Sequence record: PV654397.1 | Length of the DNA stretch: 64,000 nt | Direction: 5' to 3' (one strand) | In this document: piece by piece, positions 27,975-37,974 of the stretch | Layout: the number at the start of each line of letters is the position of its first letter | Position numbering within the stretch: position 1 is the stretch's first letter | Notes under the pieces: model-generated | Told to the model about the DNA's origin: nothing | The model's input: the letters and a program-made list of their open reading frames with translations, nothing else | The model's database searches: none | Program-made: the position numbers and the translations under genes

Positions 27975-29471
27975 ATGACATATAGAATGTGGAAAAAAGG
28001 TAGAACCAATGATTACAAGTTCATTGACTCTGCCATAGCAGAACAATACAACATCGGTGGTGTTGACATGTGGCTTTATGCCTATGTCGGACCAAAACAA
28101 GTCGCTGATAACACTGATTTATCATACGGCGGTGATTATTATGGATCAGATAGTACCGTTGTGTCAAGCATTGGTGATTTAATTTTTGGGGACACTCCAA
28201 GTCGTAACTATAATCTCGAAGCTATCACCTTAAGTTGCGTCTACCAAGTCCAAGAAGCAACTCCTGACTTGAAAATCCCAGGATTGTTCTTCAACTTTAA
28301 CACTATGGACATCACAATTCATTATAACACAATGATTCAGCGTTTGGGAAGAAAAATTATGCCAGGTGACGTAATCGAACTTCCTAACTTACGTGATTTT
28401 GATGTACTTGGTAAAGATTCTGGTTTAAACCGCTTCTATGTAGTACAAGATGGGTTTAGAACGTCAGAAGGTTACTCAGTTACATGGCAACATCACATTT
28501 ACAAACTCCGTGTTAAACCTCTTACTGATTCACCAGAGTACTCTGACCTTCTAGGTAACAATAACTACCCTGATGACCCAGATGATCCAAACAACGGCAA
28601 TGGTAATACTGATGATGGCTCTTCAGAGAACAGCAGCTATGGTAATGAAATGGATATTATGAACCGTATCATTATGCAAGCTGATGATGAAGTACCATAC
28701 ATTCATTTTACTAACGAACACTTGTTCGATGACAGACCAGATACTGTTGATTTGTCTAAGTATATGCTAAATGGATACGAATTACCAGAGGAACCAGCAA
28801 ATAAAATGTATTTCCTCAAGAAAACTTACCCAGTACTGAAAGAACTATCTAATGATACATGGATTTCTGTAGAAGTCAAGCGTGGAACAATCTTTCCTCG
28901 CAAACCGATGGATGGTGACTTCTTCTTTAAAGAAAACGAGGCTGATGTTACTGGCTTCTCATTGTATCAATACGATAAATCTGCCAAAAAGTGGCTAAAT
29001 TGTGATGTTGAGTATACTACAGAAAGCACACCACCGCAAGGGGTTGATGATTTTTATATTGAATACAAAGAACCACACATTTATCAGTACTTAAATGGTA
29101 AATGGGGCGAACCAGAAGTAACTTACGTTAATGAACCATTCACTTCTAATAGTGTTTATGGAAATATCGATTCACAACAAGATTATCGTCCTAAGATTCC
29201 ACCAGCACGCGGTACAGTTCCTGAAGGTAACATGTTCCCAAGTGATGCAGTTGATGGTGATTACTACTATCGTACCGATTATACACCAGTAACCCTATGG
29301 GAATACAGTGCGTCCAGGAATTCTTGGGTAATTTTCGATTACGGCGGCAGAAAACCGTGGGAAGGTGCAGATCTTGCTCTAACAGAATTTGTTAATAGCC
29401 CGAACCGTGTACCATTACATGATGCAGTTAAACCTAATACAGTGTATCGTATACATAAGGATTCAGAATGA
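27975..29471 (+). CDS. Neck / head-tail connector protein (gp14-like) with C-terminal extension
   Basis: LGRKIMPGDVIELP..FYVV..YKLRVKP resembles gp14; directly upstream of the gp15-like gene; start after GGAG. Confidence 0.6.
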   Translation: MTYRMWKKGRTNDYKFIDSAIAEQYNIGGVDMWLYAYVGPKQVADNTDLSYGGDYYGSDSTVVSSIGDLIFGDTPSRNYNLEAITLSCVYQVQEATPDLKIPGLFFNFNTMDITIHYNTMIQRLGRKIMPGDVIELPNLRDFDVLGKDSGLNRFYVVQDGFRTSEGYSVTWQHHIYKLRVKPLTDSPEYSDLLGNNNYPDDPDDPNNGNGNTDDGSSENSSYGNEMDIMNRIIMQADDEVPYIHFTNEHLFDDRPDTVDLSKYMLNGYELPEEPANKMYFLKKTYPVLKELSNDTWISVEVKRGTIFPRKPMDGDFFFKENEADVTGFSLYQYDKSAKKWLNCDVEYTTESTPPQGVDDFYIEYKEPHIYQYLNGKWGEPEVTYVNEPFTSNSVYGNIDSQQDYRPKIPPARGTVPEGNMFPSDAVDGDYYYRTDYTPVTLWEYSASRNSWVIFDYGGRKPWEGADLALTEFVNSPNRVPLHDAVKPNTVYRIHKDSE

Positions 29472-30811
29472 AAATAGATTATTATTATGATGGTCAATTT
29501 CGTCGAGTACTGAAACATCTTATCAGAGTGTTTGGTGAATTTCAAGTACAAAATGGTGTTGATGCTGACGGAAAACCAAAATATAAGAAAGTTCCTTGCC
29601 GCTATGCAGATATTTCACGTATGGCAGCAGCAATTATTAATGGTAACAGTGAGAACGTGCTTCCAACAGCACCAATCATGACCATTAGTGTAAACCAACT
29701 TAAACTAGATCGCAAGTCAGTTCGTTCGAACGCAAATGAAACATTAGTTATGGGGACTAACAAGTCCCCTGGAATTAACGAATATACTAAAGACTTAGAT
29801 AAACAGTATAAAGTAACTCGTCATAACCCAGTACCTTGGACATTTACTTTTGATGTTAATATTTGGGTTACACAAACACAAACCAAAATGGAACTATTTG
29901 AGCAAATTTCAACATTGTTTGCTCCTAGTATTCAATTACAACTCTCCGAGAACCCATTGGATTGGACATCATTGAGTGATGTGGAGTTAATTGACTGTCA
30001 ATTTACTACTCGTGGTTTCCCACAAGGAACCGATAGTGATTTGGATATAATGGTTTTGACATTTGAAACCACAATTTGGTTCTCTTTGCCAGCTATTGTT
30101 GAGAAACCAAAACTTATTCAACAAATTACCACCAATATTAAAGGTGCTCGTGATGAACTTGATTTTGAAATTGGTAATTACTCGGATATCATTACTGATG
30201 TATTCACACCAAAGAACTTATGTATTAAAGTTGATGAAATAACAAACTCTGAACTTAATATTCCAGATACTTACCAACTCACTCTTGTTAGTCAATCACT
30301 ATCAGAAACATCACCAAATGGTGGAATTTATTCATGGGAAAAATACCTTAAGTACTTGGACCCAGAATATGAAGACAAGACGGTTGGTATCAAATTCCAA
30401 CAAGCTATAGAAGAGGACAACCCACTAAAAGGACACATCTCTTCATTTGGTGAAGGTGCTGAATCTAACAAGATTGTAGTTCAGCTTGATAATAGTAATT
30501 ATACTGTTGATTATACAATACATGGATTCATTAGTAAAAGCTCTTTGTTATATAACGCACTGCCTGAACAATATTATGTAAATAATAGCATACATAACAT
30601 CATTTACAAAGAGACTGAAATCCCAGCGAACTATTTGTTTAAAATTACCAATGATGGAGCAGAACTTATTGAGCCATCACTAGTACACAACTATGTTTAT
30701 AATATGGAAGATAGTGGATATTATAGATATAATGACAAATTCAAATGGCATAAGAGTATTATGTCAGTATATCGTCAGGGGTATTGGAAAATAACTTTCA
30801 CTGACAAATAA
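29468..30811 (+). CDS. 15: Tail terminator / sheath stabilizer (gp15-like)
   Basis: YYYDGQFRRVLKHLIRVFGEFQV..KVPCRYAD, PVPWTFTFDVNIW, LFEQI. Confidence 0.75.
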   Translation: MKIDYYYDGQFRRVLKHLIRVFGEFQVQNGVDADGKPKYKKVPCRYADISRMAAAIINGNSENVLPTAPIMTISVNQLKLDRKSVRSNANETLVMGTNKSPGINEYTKDLDKQYKVTRHNPVPWTFTFDVNIWVTQTQTKMELFEQISTLFAPSIQLQLSENPLDWTSLSDVELIDCQFTTRGFPQGTDSDLDIMVLTFETTIWFSLPAIVEKPKLIQQITTNIKGARDELDFEIGNYSDIITDVFTPKNLCIKVDEITNSELNIPDTYQLTLVSQSLSETSPNGGIYSWEKYLKYLDPEYEDKTVGIKFQQAIEEDNPLKGHISSFGEGAESNKIVVQLDNSNYTVDYTIHGFISKSSLLYNALPEQYYVNNSIHNIIYKETEIPANYLFKITNDGAELIEPSLVHNYVYNMEDSGYYRYNDKFKWHKSIMSVYRQGYWKITFTDK

Positions 30812-30823
30812 GGAGGTGTTGTT

Positions 30824-31288
30824 ATGAATGAAGCAGTAGGTGCTATATTTTTATCAAAAAGTACTGGACACATGATGTTAAACTTGAGATCAGAAAGAAG
30901 TACGTATTCTAACAACTGGGCATTTGTTGGTGGGAAGCTTGAGTATAATGAAACTCCGTTACAGGGTCTTATGCGTGAGATTAAAGAAGAGCTAGGTGAT
31001 TCTATTCCAACGATAATAGATATTATACCATTTGATGTATTTTGTACGAAGAATGGTAAATTTAAATATTATTCATTTGTCATTGTAGTTGAAAATGAAT
31101 TCGTACCTACTTTAAATCATGAGAGTTCTGGTTATGCATGGGTTAAGATTGGATCATGGCCCAAACCATTACATCCTGGTGCAAAAAACACATTACTCAA
31201 CACAAATTTAATGAAGGATTTCTATTCATTGTGGGAAAGTATACGACAAGGTACACAGTTTGTCAACAGCTTACCATATCGATATTAA
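30824..31288 (+). CDS. Nudix hydrolase
   Basis: Complete Nudix box GKLEYNETPLQGLMREIKEELG (GX5EX7REUXEEXG). Confidence 0.92.
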   Translation: MNEAVGAIFLSKSTGHMMLNLRSERSTYSNNWAFVGGKLEYNETPLQGLMREIKEELGDSIPTIIDIIPFDVFCTKNGKFKYYSFVIVVENEFVPTLNHESSGYAWVKIGSWPKPLHPGAKNTLLNTNLMKDFYSLWESIRQGTQFVNSLPYRY

Positions 31289-31289
31289 T

Positions 31290-31322
31290 AAAAAAAGGAG
31301 CCATTGGCTCCTTTTTTCTTTT
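31290..31322. terminator. Bidirectional intrinsic terminator
   Basis: A-tract GGAGCC-ATT-GGCTCC T-tract between convergent genes. Confidence 0.85.
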
Positions 31323-32422
31323 TATACCCCAATTAGTGGGATACCTGTTATATTAAGTAGAACAGATGCTTGAAGCTTAACTGACTCACCTGCCGAAAGG
31401 TTGTTTACTATACCATCGACGCGGAACCCTAAGTTTTTATTAGAGTTAAGAGAGTTAACCACCCAGTTTTCGTAATCCGCTTTTGTAATACCATTCGGAT
31501 TTGGGAGAGTTGGGTCAACACCATTAATTACCATAGAAACATCCCAATTCGGGCGACTACTTGTAATTACATCCTTGATTGATTCTAGTTGTGTAATGCG
31601 ACGTGGATCTGGAATCTGACTTGCACCAATTGAACCAGGAACAAATGTACCTTGGTTATCAACATAGAACTGGCCTTTGATGAAAAATGTTTTTGAATTA
31701 TATGGAAGAGAAACAATTTCACCTGTTGAATCACTAACTTCACGAATCATAATTTTCAATTCATAAAAATAGTTACTACCAAATTCAAACACACCAGTAC
31801 CATTTGTGAATGTTGTCCAGTTATTTGAATCAACCTGTGAAGTACCACCCATATTGAAGTAAGCTAATGGCTTAGTACTGTTACTTTGTGTAAATTCAAT
31901 ATATTTCTTACCTGTATCATAGTTGATATCAAGTAGTGTGGAGTACTCTTTATTTTCTGGACGAGATGTTTGAATTTCACGCCATTCTTTATTTTTCATT
32001 AGGACACGAAGGGAATCACCATTGCTGGTAAGAACCATACGACCCATAATACTATTTTCACCATCTGGTACTGTGTTGAAAATTGAAATCATTGGGATAG
32101 ATGCCCAGTCAGCTTCAGATGCAGTATCTACTGGTTGACGAGCATTATCAACTAATGCAAGAAGTAGTTCACCAGTGTTGCCAGTATTTCTGTACCAAAT
32201 CTGACCATTAACGTTACCACGAGGTGCAGTAGCCCCACTGAAGTTCTCAACCAAGTGGAGGAAGTTTTCGTTCCATGCTTGACCGTAACCAACTTTATTT
32301 CGACCTGCAAAGTTTAACGGTACTGGGTTACTACCAGGTTGGTTTGGTCCTAATATTACGTTATTTGGAATGGTAGCATAAACGCTACCATTACTTCTAT
32401 AAATTGTATAACTTACACTCAT
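31322..32422 (-). CDS. Virion structural protein (baseplate/fibre-attachment type)
   Basis: AGRNKVGYGQAWNENFLHLVENF..P..GQIWY N-terminal motif typical of myovirus structural proteins. Confidence 0.55.
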   Translation of the reverse strand: MSVSYTIYRSNGSVYATIPNNVILGPNQPGSNPVPLNFAGRNKVGYGQAWNENFLHLVENFSGATAPRGNVNGQIWYRNTGNTGELLLALVDNARQPVDTASEADWASIPMISIFNTVPDGENSIMGRMVLTSNGDSLRVLMKNKEWREIQTSRPENKEYSTLLDINYDTGKKYIEFTQSNSTKPLAYFNMGGTSQVDSNNWTTFTNGTGVFEFGSNYFYELKIMIREVSDSTGEIVSLPYNSKTFFIKGQFYVDNQGTFVPGSIGASQIPDPRRITQLESIKDVITSSRPNWDVSMVINGVDPTLPNPNGITKADYENWVVNSLNSNKNLGFRVDGIVNNLSAGESVKLQASVLLNITGIPLIGV

Positions 32423-32434
32423 ATCATCACCTTA

Positions 32435-33043
32435 TTATTGTAGTTGGACACGAACTGTGTATTTGATTTGCAAAACACGGTTAGCACTTTTCTCAACTGG
32501 GTGAAAAATAATATGGGTAAGTGGAATACCGCTATCACCATTTGTATATAAACCCAATTCGTCAAATACATATGTCCCATCCATGCTAGTACCAGAGCTA
32601 ACACCTTGGTCAGATGGCTCACCTAAACCTAATGTACAAATACAGACGATATCAGTGTAAGCTTGGCCTGGAATGTGAACAGTTGTAATGTTGTTATATT
32701 GTGAATCAATACCAGCAGAGATACGTGGGTTGATTTTTTTCAGATAAGTCTGAGAGTATAGCCCACCGAAAGAAGTCACGCGTGGTTTCTTATATGTGAT
32801 ACGACCAGTACTCAAAACTACTGTTCCACCATTACCAAAACGCATCTCACTAATAGAACCAATAGGAATACCAGTACTATCTTGATTATAAGCCAACGCA
32901 TTAGCAATAGCAGTACTCATATTTTCAGGGTGAATTGCGTTTGATTTATCCAAAACGATTTTTTGGTTAGATGGATCAGTAACGTCAGTAATTAGTACAT
33001 GACCCTTAACAAATAGTTTTGGTTGTTCTGTTTCTAATTTCAT
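32435..33043 (-). CDS. Virion structural protein (baseplate wedge/fibre socket-like)
   Basis: KGHVLITD, ISEMRFGNGG, YVFDELGL, HPVEKSANRVLQIKYTVRV. Confidence 0.5.
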   Translation of the reverse strand: MKLETEQPKLFVKGHVLITDVTDPSNQKIVLDKSNAIHPENMSTAIANALAYNQDSTGIPIGSISEMRFGNGGTVVLSTGRITYKKPRVTSFGGLYSQTYLKKINPRISAGIDSQYNNITTVHIPGQAYTDIVCICTLGLGEPSDQGVSSGTSMDGTYVFDELGLYTNGDSGIPLTHIIFHPVEKSANRVLQIKYTVRVQLQ

Positions 33044-33052
33044 TTCTAATCC

Positions 33053-33550
33053 TTAGTAGTTAATTAAAATTTGTTCTAACTTACCAGCTAAACTTTTTTG
33101 TACATCAGATGGATACTTGCTAATGTAATCACGGTCAATACCGACTTTCAGATAGGTAAAGTTTCCGGTTAAGGTTTCAGCGAATGTACCAGTTGTACCT
33201 TGTTCTCTAATAAGGTCACCGCCATTTGGGTTAAGAATGACATTATCAGTAAATTCAAGATAGAAGTTGCAGCTTTCGGTAAATTTAATTGGGAACCAAT
33301 CATCGTCAGATGGATTACTTGCCAGTGTAGCGAGTACGTAAATTCTACCAATGAAGTTACGTAGGGTAAAGGATATTGTATGTAATCCTGTAGTACTACC
33401 ATAATAGCCGCCACTAGCTAATGGTAATGTTTGTTCGTTCCAATGATAATCTAAGTTAGCAGGATACCAGCTATCTGATTCAGGAAATTCTTGCCATGAA
33501 CCATCTTTAGTTTTTCTTTTGAAGAGGAAGTCTTTTGATCTTAATGCCAT
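33053..33550 (-). CDS. Hypothetical protein, probably structural
   Basis: First gene of a late minus-strand operon (TAAATA at 33582-33587). Confidence 0.5.
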   Translation of the reverse strand: MALRSKDFLFKRKTKDGSWQEFPESDSWYPANLDYHWNEQTLPLASGGYYGSTTGLHTISFTLRNFIGRIYVLATLASNPSDDDWFPIKFTESCNFYLEFTDNVILNPNGGDLIREQGTTGTFAETLTGNFTYLKVGIDRDYISKYPSDVQKSLAGKLEQILINY

Positions 33551-33615
33551 TGTTAAGCCCTTTTAGTAGTGAACTTTCATTTATTTATTAATGGCAACGA
33601 AATGTATTTTGTACT

Positions 33616-33623
33616 GATAAATA
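33616..33623 (+). promoter_or_regulatory. Late promoter GATAAATA
   Basis: Upstream of the fibre module. Confidence 0.55.
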
Positions 33624-33659
33624 TTGGTATATGACATTAACTCATACAAGGGAAATATT

Positions 33660-34787
33660 ATGACAATTTCATTCAACAATGGGTCAGGTGGTTCATGTAA
33701 TAATTCTGGCATCAAAAGTTTAGTTATTAACGCTGCTGGACATTTAATTGTAACCTATTCCGACAATACAATCCAAGACCTAGGTCTAGTGGTTGGACAA
33801 AATGGTGCTAACGGTAGAAACTTTTATCCAAATGAGATAGGTTTTGAAGTTCCTAATGAACTCTTCCGTGTTGGTGAAGAACTAGGGTGGTGTTATCTTA
33901 GTCTTGCAAACGGCACTAGTACTTTATATTTTAAATCAAACGATGCACAAGAAGCAATTAGTACTTGGAACCGTGTAGAGTTTGGTAAAGGTGATACTGG
34001 TGAAGCTGGTAAACCATTCCACATTGACAGTTCCGGTACTGTGTTTCCAACAACTGGTCTTTTCGATAATTACACATTCTATAATACTGAAGATGGTAAA
34101 TTATATTTCTATCAAAGCGTAACTGCAACATGGAGTGATGGTATTCCTTTCCGTGGTGAACAAGGTCTACGTGGTCGTTTCCATATTGATAGTACTGGTA
34201 GTCAATTCCCAAGCATTGATAATCTACCACAAGATTATTGCTTCTATAACACGACAGATGGTAATTTGTATTATGTCGATATCGTAACTACATCATCAAC
34301 CCCAACTAAAGAGTGGAGTGCTGGTATCTTATTCCGTGGAAAAGACGGTGAAGAAGGTAAGCAAGGTGAACAAGGTATTCAGGGTGAACCAGGTAAAGAT
34401 ACAGTTGTTATCATCAACACTATTGATCATTCATGGACTAACGCATTGTTAGTTATTGGTACATGCCCTGCTGGATACCTAGTAACTAATATCGAAGTTG
34501 ATATTAACCAAGCATATGATGAACCAGTAAATGAAATGTTTGTACGTTTCGGTGGTGAAGCACAAGAAGATATTGGTGGTACTGTAATTGCACCTGTTGA
34601 TTATTTCGATATCAACCGCAAAATGCGTTACATTGTTAACGAAACCAACCACGAAGTATCAAGTAAAGATGAAATCATTTCTTGTGTATTCAATGATTCC
34701 GTAAACAACAGTTCATTTGGTGAAATGAAGATCGTTTGTACTTTATCATGGCAAGCACCTATTCAGCCTATTCAAGATAACATTTAA
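33660..34787 (+). CDS. Collagen-like fibre/adaptor protein
   Basis: (Gly-X-Y)7 at 34338-34400; GHLIVTYSD..QDLGLVVGQNGANG; tandem module G..FP......Y.FYNT.DG.LY; start ATG 33660. Confidence 0.65.
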   Translation: MTISFNNGSGGSCNNSGIKSLVINAAGHLIVTYSDNTIQDLGLVVGQNGANGRNFYPNEIGFEVPNELFRVGEELGWCYLSLANGTSTLYFKSNDAQEAISTWNRVEFGKGDTGEAGKPFHIDSSGTVFPTTGLFDNYTFYNTEDGKLYFYQSVTATWSDGIPFRGEQGLRGRFHIDSTGSQFPSIDNLPQDYCFYNTTDGNLYYVDIVTTSSTPTKEWSAGILFRGKDGEEGKQGEQGIQGEPGKDTVVIINTIDHSWTNALLVIGTCPAGYLVTNIEVDINQAYDEPVNEMFVRFGGEAQEDIGGTVIAPVDYFDINRKMRYIVNETNHEVSSKDEIISCVFNDSVNNSSFGEMKIVCTLSWQAPIQPIQDNI

Positions 34788-34801
34788 AAGAGGGTTGATA
34801 A

Positions 34802-36943
34802 ATGGCAGTTTTTTCCAATTTAGAAGGGACCATGATGCCAACATTCAAGTTGGGTAAACGTGGTGCTTCTATTAATTTTGTAAACGATTCTGTCGCAATC
34901 AAAGACTTTTTAGGCGAAACGTTCCTACCTGTTAAGGTGGGAACTCCTAATGACGATGATTCCGCAGTAAACGTTAGGTATCTTGAAGATAACCCAAATG
35001 CTTTATTTGGCGTACTTCCACCAACAAATGACATTGGTAAAAATAACAACACTTATTTTCAAGTTGATTCTGAGGGTATTGTTGATATCTTTGCAAAAAC
35101 AAATGATGTTTGGGTAAAATCATTATACATTAATAAAAATGTCCTTTCCAGTGTTAACGGTGCTGATTATATCGGACTTATTACTGGAGGAACACTTCAA
35201 CAGGCACAGTTTTACATAACTCCAGAAGAGTTTGGTGCAAAAGGTGATGGCATCACTGATGACACGGCGGCGGTTAACGCATGTGCAGTTTATGCTAAAG
35301 AACACCAAATCCAAATTCAAGCTGGTGGTAATTATCGTATCAGAACTGCTGTTTATTTGAATGATATTCAATGGTTTGGTGGTACAATCACTGGTAACGG
35401 TGGCACAATGGTATCGGTACTGAATAGTACAATCCAACAAGCAACATTAACAGGATGTTATTTAAAATTCTTTGGTGGTAATGGTAAATTTTATTTTAAT
35501 AAATTTATTAATATTACAAGTACTGCTGCATTTCTAATGCAAGGTATGACTGAATCAGGTACTATCGACTTCTGCTTTAATGAAATGACACAATGTAAGT
35601 ACGGTGTTCTTCAGCAAGGCACTGGTGAGAAAATGACCGTTGGGCGTTATTCATACAACCACATCCATGATATATATGGTGATGCAATTGAATTGAACGT
35701 AGTCAACTCACATTACCCAGACGGATTTGTAATAGAAGGTAACTTGATTGAAAACGTAGATGGTACAAATGCACCAATTCCTCTTTCAAACTGGGGTATT
35801 GGTATCGGTGTTGCAGGTTCTGGTCCTTATGATGTGAATGCTGATGATTCACAATATGTAAAAAAATTCGTTATAAAAAATAACCGCTTGTACAATGTCC
35901 GTCAATGTATTCACGTTGAGTTGGGTAAAGACTTTAAAATTCTCAATAATGAAGTTTATCCATCAACGTTGGTATCAATTGGTACTGGTTTGACAACCGC
36001 TGGTGTAATTACTTATGGTTCTGTTGATTTTATTATTGATGGCCTATCTGGGCATCTATTAAATGATCCATCAGTAACTAACCGTATGGTTTCTATTAAC
36101 TGGGGCGTAACATCTGGTAAATTTGCTGGTCCTCCACGAAACTTTAAATTATGTAATCTCCACATTCCTGAGTCGTCTATTATTGTGTATACTTCAGGCT
36201 CTGATAATTGGCTAAATACTACTGAACTTTCTAATATTACATGTAGTAGAATTCAATGGCGTGGATTGCCGTCATCTTCCAAGTTTAATAATATCAGTAC
36301 TAAAGAACTTGATGTTATTGGACAACACCTTGCAACTGAAGGTGAAGGAGGGGGCTTATATACTCGCTCTAAATATACATATACCAACTGGACTAATTGT
36401 GTTGTTCAAGATGATTGTAACATATCAAAATATAGTTTCTCAAGAATGTATGTTGACCGTATTGACCAATCATCTAATAACTTTAAAGTAACCACTGCAA
36501 TTGATGGAACGGGTCATCGTGGACCTGTAGTAATACCTGTAGTTGAACAGTATTACGTGCCTTATGATGTTTTTCCTGGTGGGAGATATTTCCCAGCAGG
36601 AACAATTATCCATAAACAATCAGGTGGAAAATTTATTGTTACAGTAGGTGGTTCTTTCTTTGGTCGATATGACACAATTAGACAAACAGTTGCAGGACAA
36701 ACTTATATCGAAGCATTGGGTGTATCATGGGGTGATAATCAATATGCTAAAGCTGCTGGAACCGAAATCCTAATCACAGGAGCAGGGGAAAATGGCGAAG
36801 ATTTAAAAACATATATCACTAGAGCAGTTTATGTTGTTAATAATGCGTATCGTATCGATATTGCCGATCCGATTGTTACTGCTACCGCAGCAGGGGCATT
36901 ATTAAAAGCTGCTCAACCAATAACATATATCACCCTATCTTAA
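34802..36943 (+). CDS. Tail spike with WcaM-like beta-helix (putative colanic acid depolymerase)
   Basis: PEEFGAKGDGITDDT; YGVLQQG, GDAIELNV, NWGIGIGVAGS, RQCIHVELGKDF, PRNF match the WcaM motif order. Confidence 0.8.
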   Translation: MAVFSNLEGTMMPTFKLGKRGASINFVNDSVAIKDFLGETFLPVKVGTPNDDDSAVNVRYLEDNPNALFGVLPPTNDIGKNNNTYFQVDSEGIVDIFAKTNDVWVKSLYINKNVLSSVNGADYIGLITGGTLQQAQFYITPEEFGAKGDGITDDTAAVNACAVYAKEHQIQIQAGGNYRIRTAVYLNDIQWFGGTITGNGGTMVSVLNSTIQQATLTGCYLKFFGGNGKFYFNKFINITSTAAFLMQGMTESGTIDFCFNEMTQCKYGVLQQGTGEKMTVGRYSYNHIHDIYGDAIELNVVNSHYPDGFVIEGNLIENVDGTNAPIPLSNWGIGIGVAGSGPYDVNADDSQYVKKFVIKNNRLYNVRQCIHVELGKDFKILNNEVYPSTLVSIGTGLTTAGVITYGSVDFIIDGLSGHLLNDPSVTNRMVSINWGVTSGKFAGPPRNFKLCNLHIPESSIIVYTSGSDNWLNTTELSNITCSRIQWRGLPSSSKFNNISTKELDVIGQHLATEGEGGGLYTRSKYTYTNWTNCVVQDDCNISKYSFSRMYVDRIDQSSNNFKVTTAIDGTGHRGPVVIPVVEQYYVPYDVFPGGRYFPAGTIIHKQSGGKFIVTVGGSFFGRYDTIRQTVAGQTYIEALGVSWGDNQYAKAAGTEILITGAGENGEDLKTYITRAVYVVNNAYRIDIADPIVTATAAGALLKAAQPITYITLS

Positions 36944-36957
36944 AGGAGATTATAAAA

Positions 36958-37857
36958 ATGGCAGTTTTTTCTAATTTAGAAGGAACCATGAAGAAGACCT
37001 TCATACTTGGTAAAAATGGTGCACAAATTGCCACTAATGGTAATGTTGTTCAAATCCAGAACTACACGGGTACACAACTTCTTCCTGTTTCAGCAGGTGA
37101 CCCAACCGCAAATACACACTTGGTTACATTGGGTTATTTGAATACACATAGCGGTGGTGGTGGCGGTTCCGGTATTTTACGTGGAACTATTGCACCATCT
37201 GAATCAATCGGTGTAGATGGTGACGCTTACTTCTTAGTTGACAGTACTAATATTATTCAGATCTATATTAAAGACCTTGGTGTTTGGAAGCCTCTCCAAA
37301 GCACAACTCCAGGTACTGATAGTTCTTACGTTACTACTGAAATCGTTCCTGTATCGGCATTTACATTAGTTCCTGGAACAACAGATCAATATACTTATTC
37401 TTTACCTGAATCAGTACATGGTCGTGGACCAGATATTATGGTTCAGCTACAGGGTGATCCTGGTAACATCCCACTTGACACTGTATTCCAAACTAACGTC
37501 ACTGTGAGTGGTATTGGTGACATTACGATTGATGTTATTGGTCAAATCACTGATTACACAAGTGTCAAAGTCAACATCATAGGAGCAACAACAATGACAG
37601 TACCTTATAGTAAATTAATTAACCAAGCGGATTGGGTAGTATCTAGTGATGAATACACCATTACTATCCCAGCGTCTGAACATAACCAAACACCTGATAA
37701 TTTGTATATTTCAATTTATTCAAATAAAACTCCAGGTAGCACAGCAGCATCACCATTTGAACTGGTAATAACCGAAACTCAAATTGATGCAAGTGGTAAT
37801 GTTACATTCACTTCTGACGAAGCGTTTAGTGGTAAAATAGTAATTTCCGGCAAATAA
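36958..37857 (+). CDS. Fibre/spike adaptor sharing its N-terminal anchor with the WcaM-like spike
   Basis: Both begin MAVFSNLEGTM and stay similar over roughly 110-130 aa. Confidence 0.6.
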   Translation: MAVFSNLEGTMKKTFILGKNGAQIATNGNVVQIQNYTGTQLLPVSAGDPTANTHLVTLGYLNTHSGGGGGSGILRGTIAPSESIGVDGDAYFLVDSTNIIQIYIKDLGVWKPLQSTTPGTDSSYVTTEIVPVSAFTLVPGTTDQYTYSLPESVHGRGPDIMVQLQGDPGNIPLDTVFQTNVTVSGIGDITIDVIGQITDYTSVKVNIIGATTMTVPYSKLINQADWVVSSDEYTITIPASEHNQTPDNLYISIYSNKTPGSTAASPFELVITETQIDASGNVTFTSDEAFSGKIVISGK

Positions 37858-37865
37858 AAAAATAG

Positions 37866-37898
37866 TCCAGACTATGATTCATCGAGTCTGGATTTTTT
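37866..37898 (+). terminator. Intrinsic terminator
   Basis: TCCAGACT ... AGTCTGGA followed by TTTTTT. Confidence 0.75.
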
Positions 37899-37906
37899 AT
37901 ATCAAC

Positions 37907-37930
37907 AACTAAATATATGTATATTAACAA
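37907..37930 (+). promoter_or_regulatory. Late promoter element shared by both giant fibre genes
   Basis: AACTAAATATATGTATATTAACAA; 23/24 identical to 42989-43012. Confidence 0.65.
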
Positions 37931-37974
37931 GGTCAAATGTATTTTATGCTTTTTGCCTATTTGGAGGGAACTAA

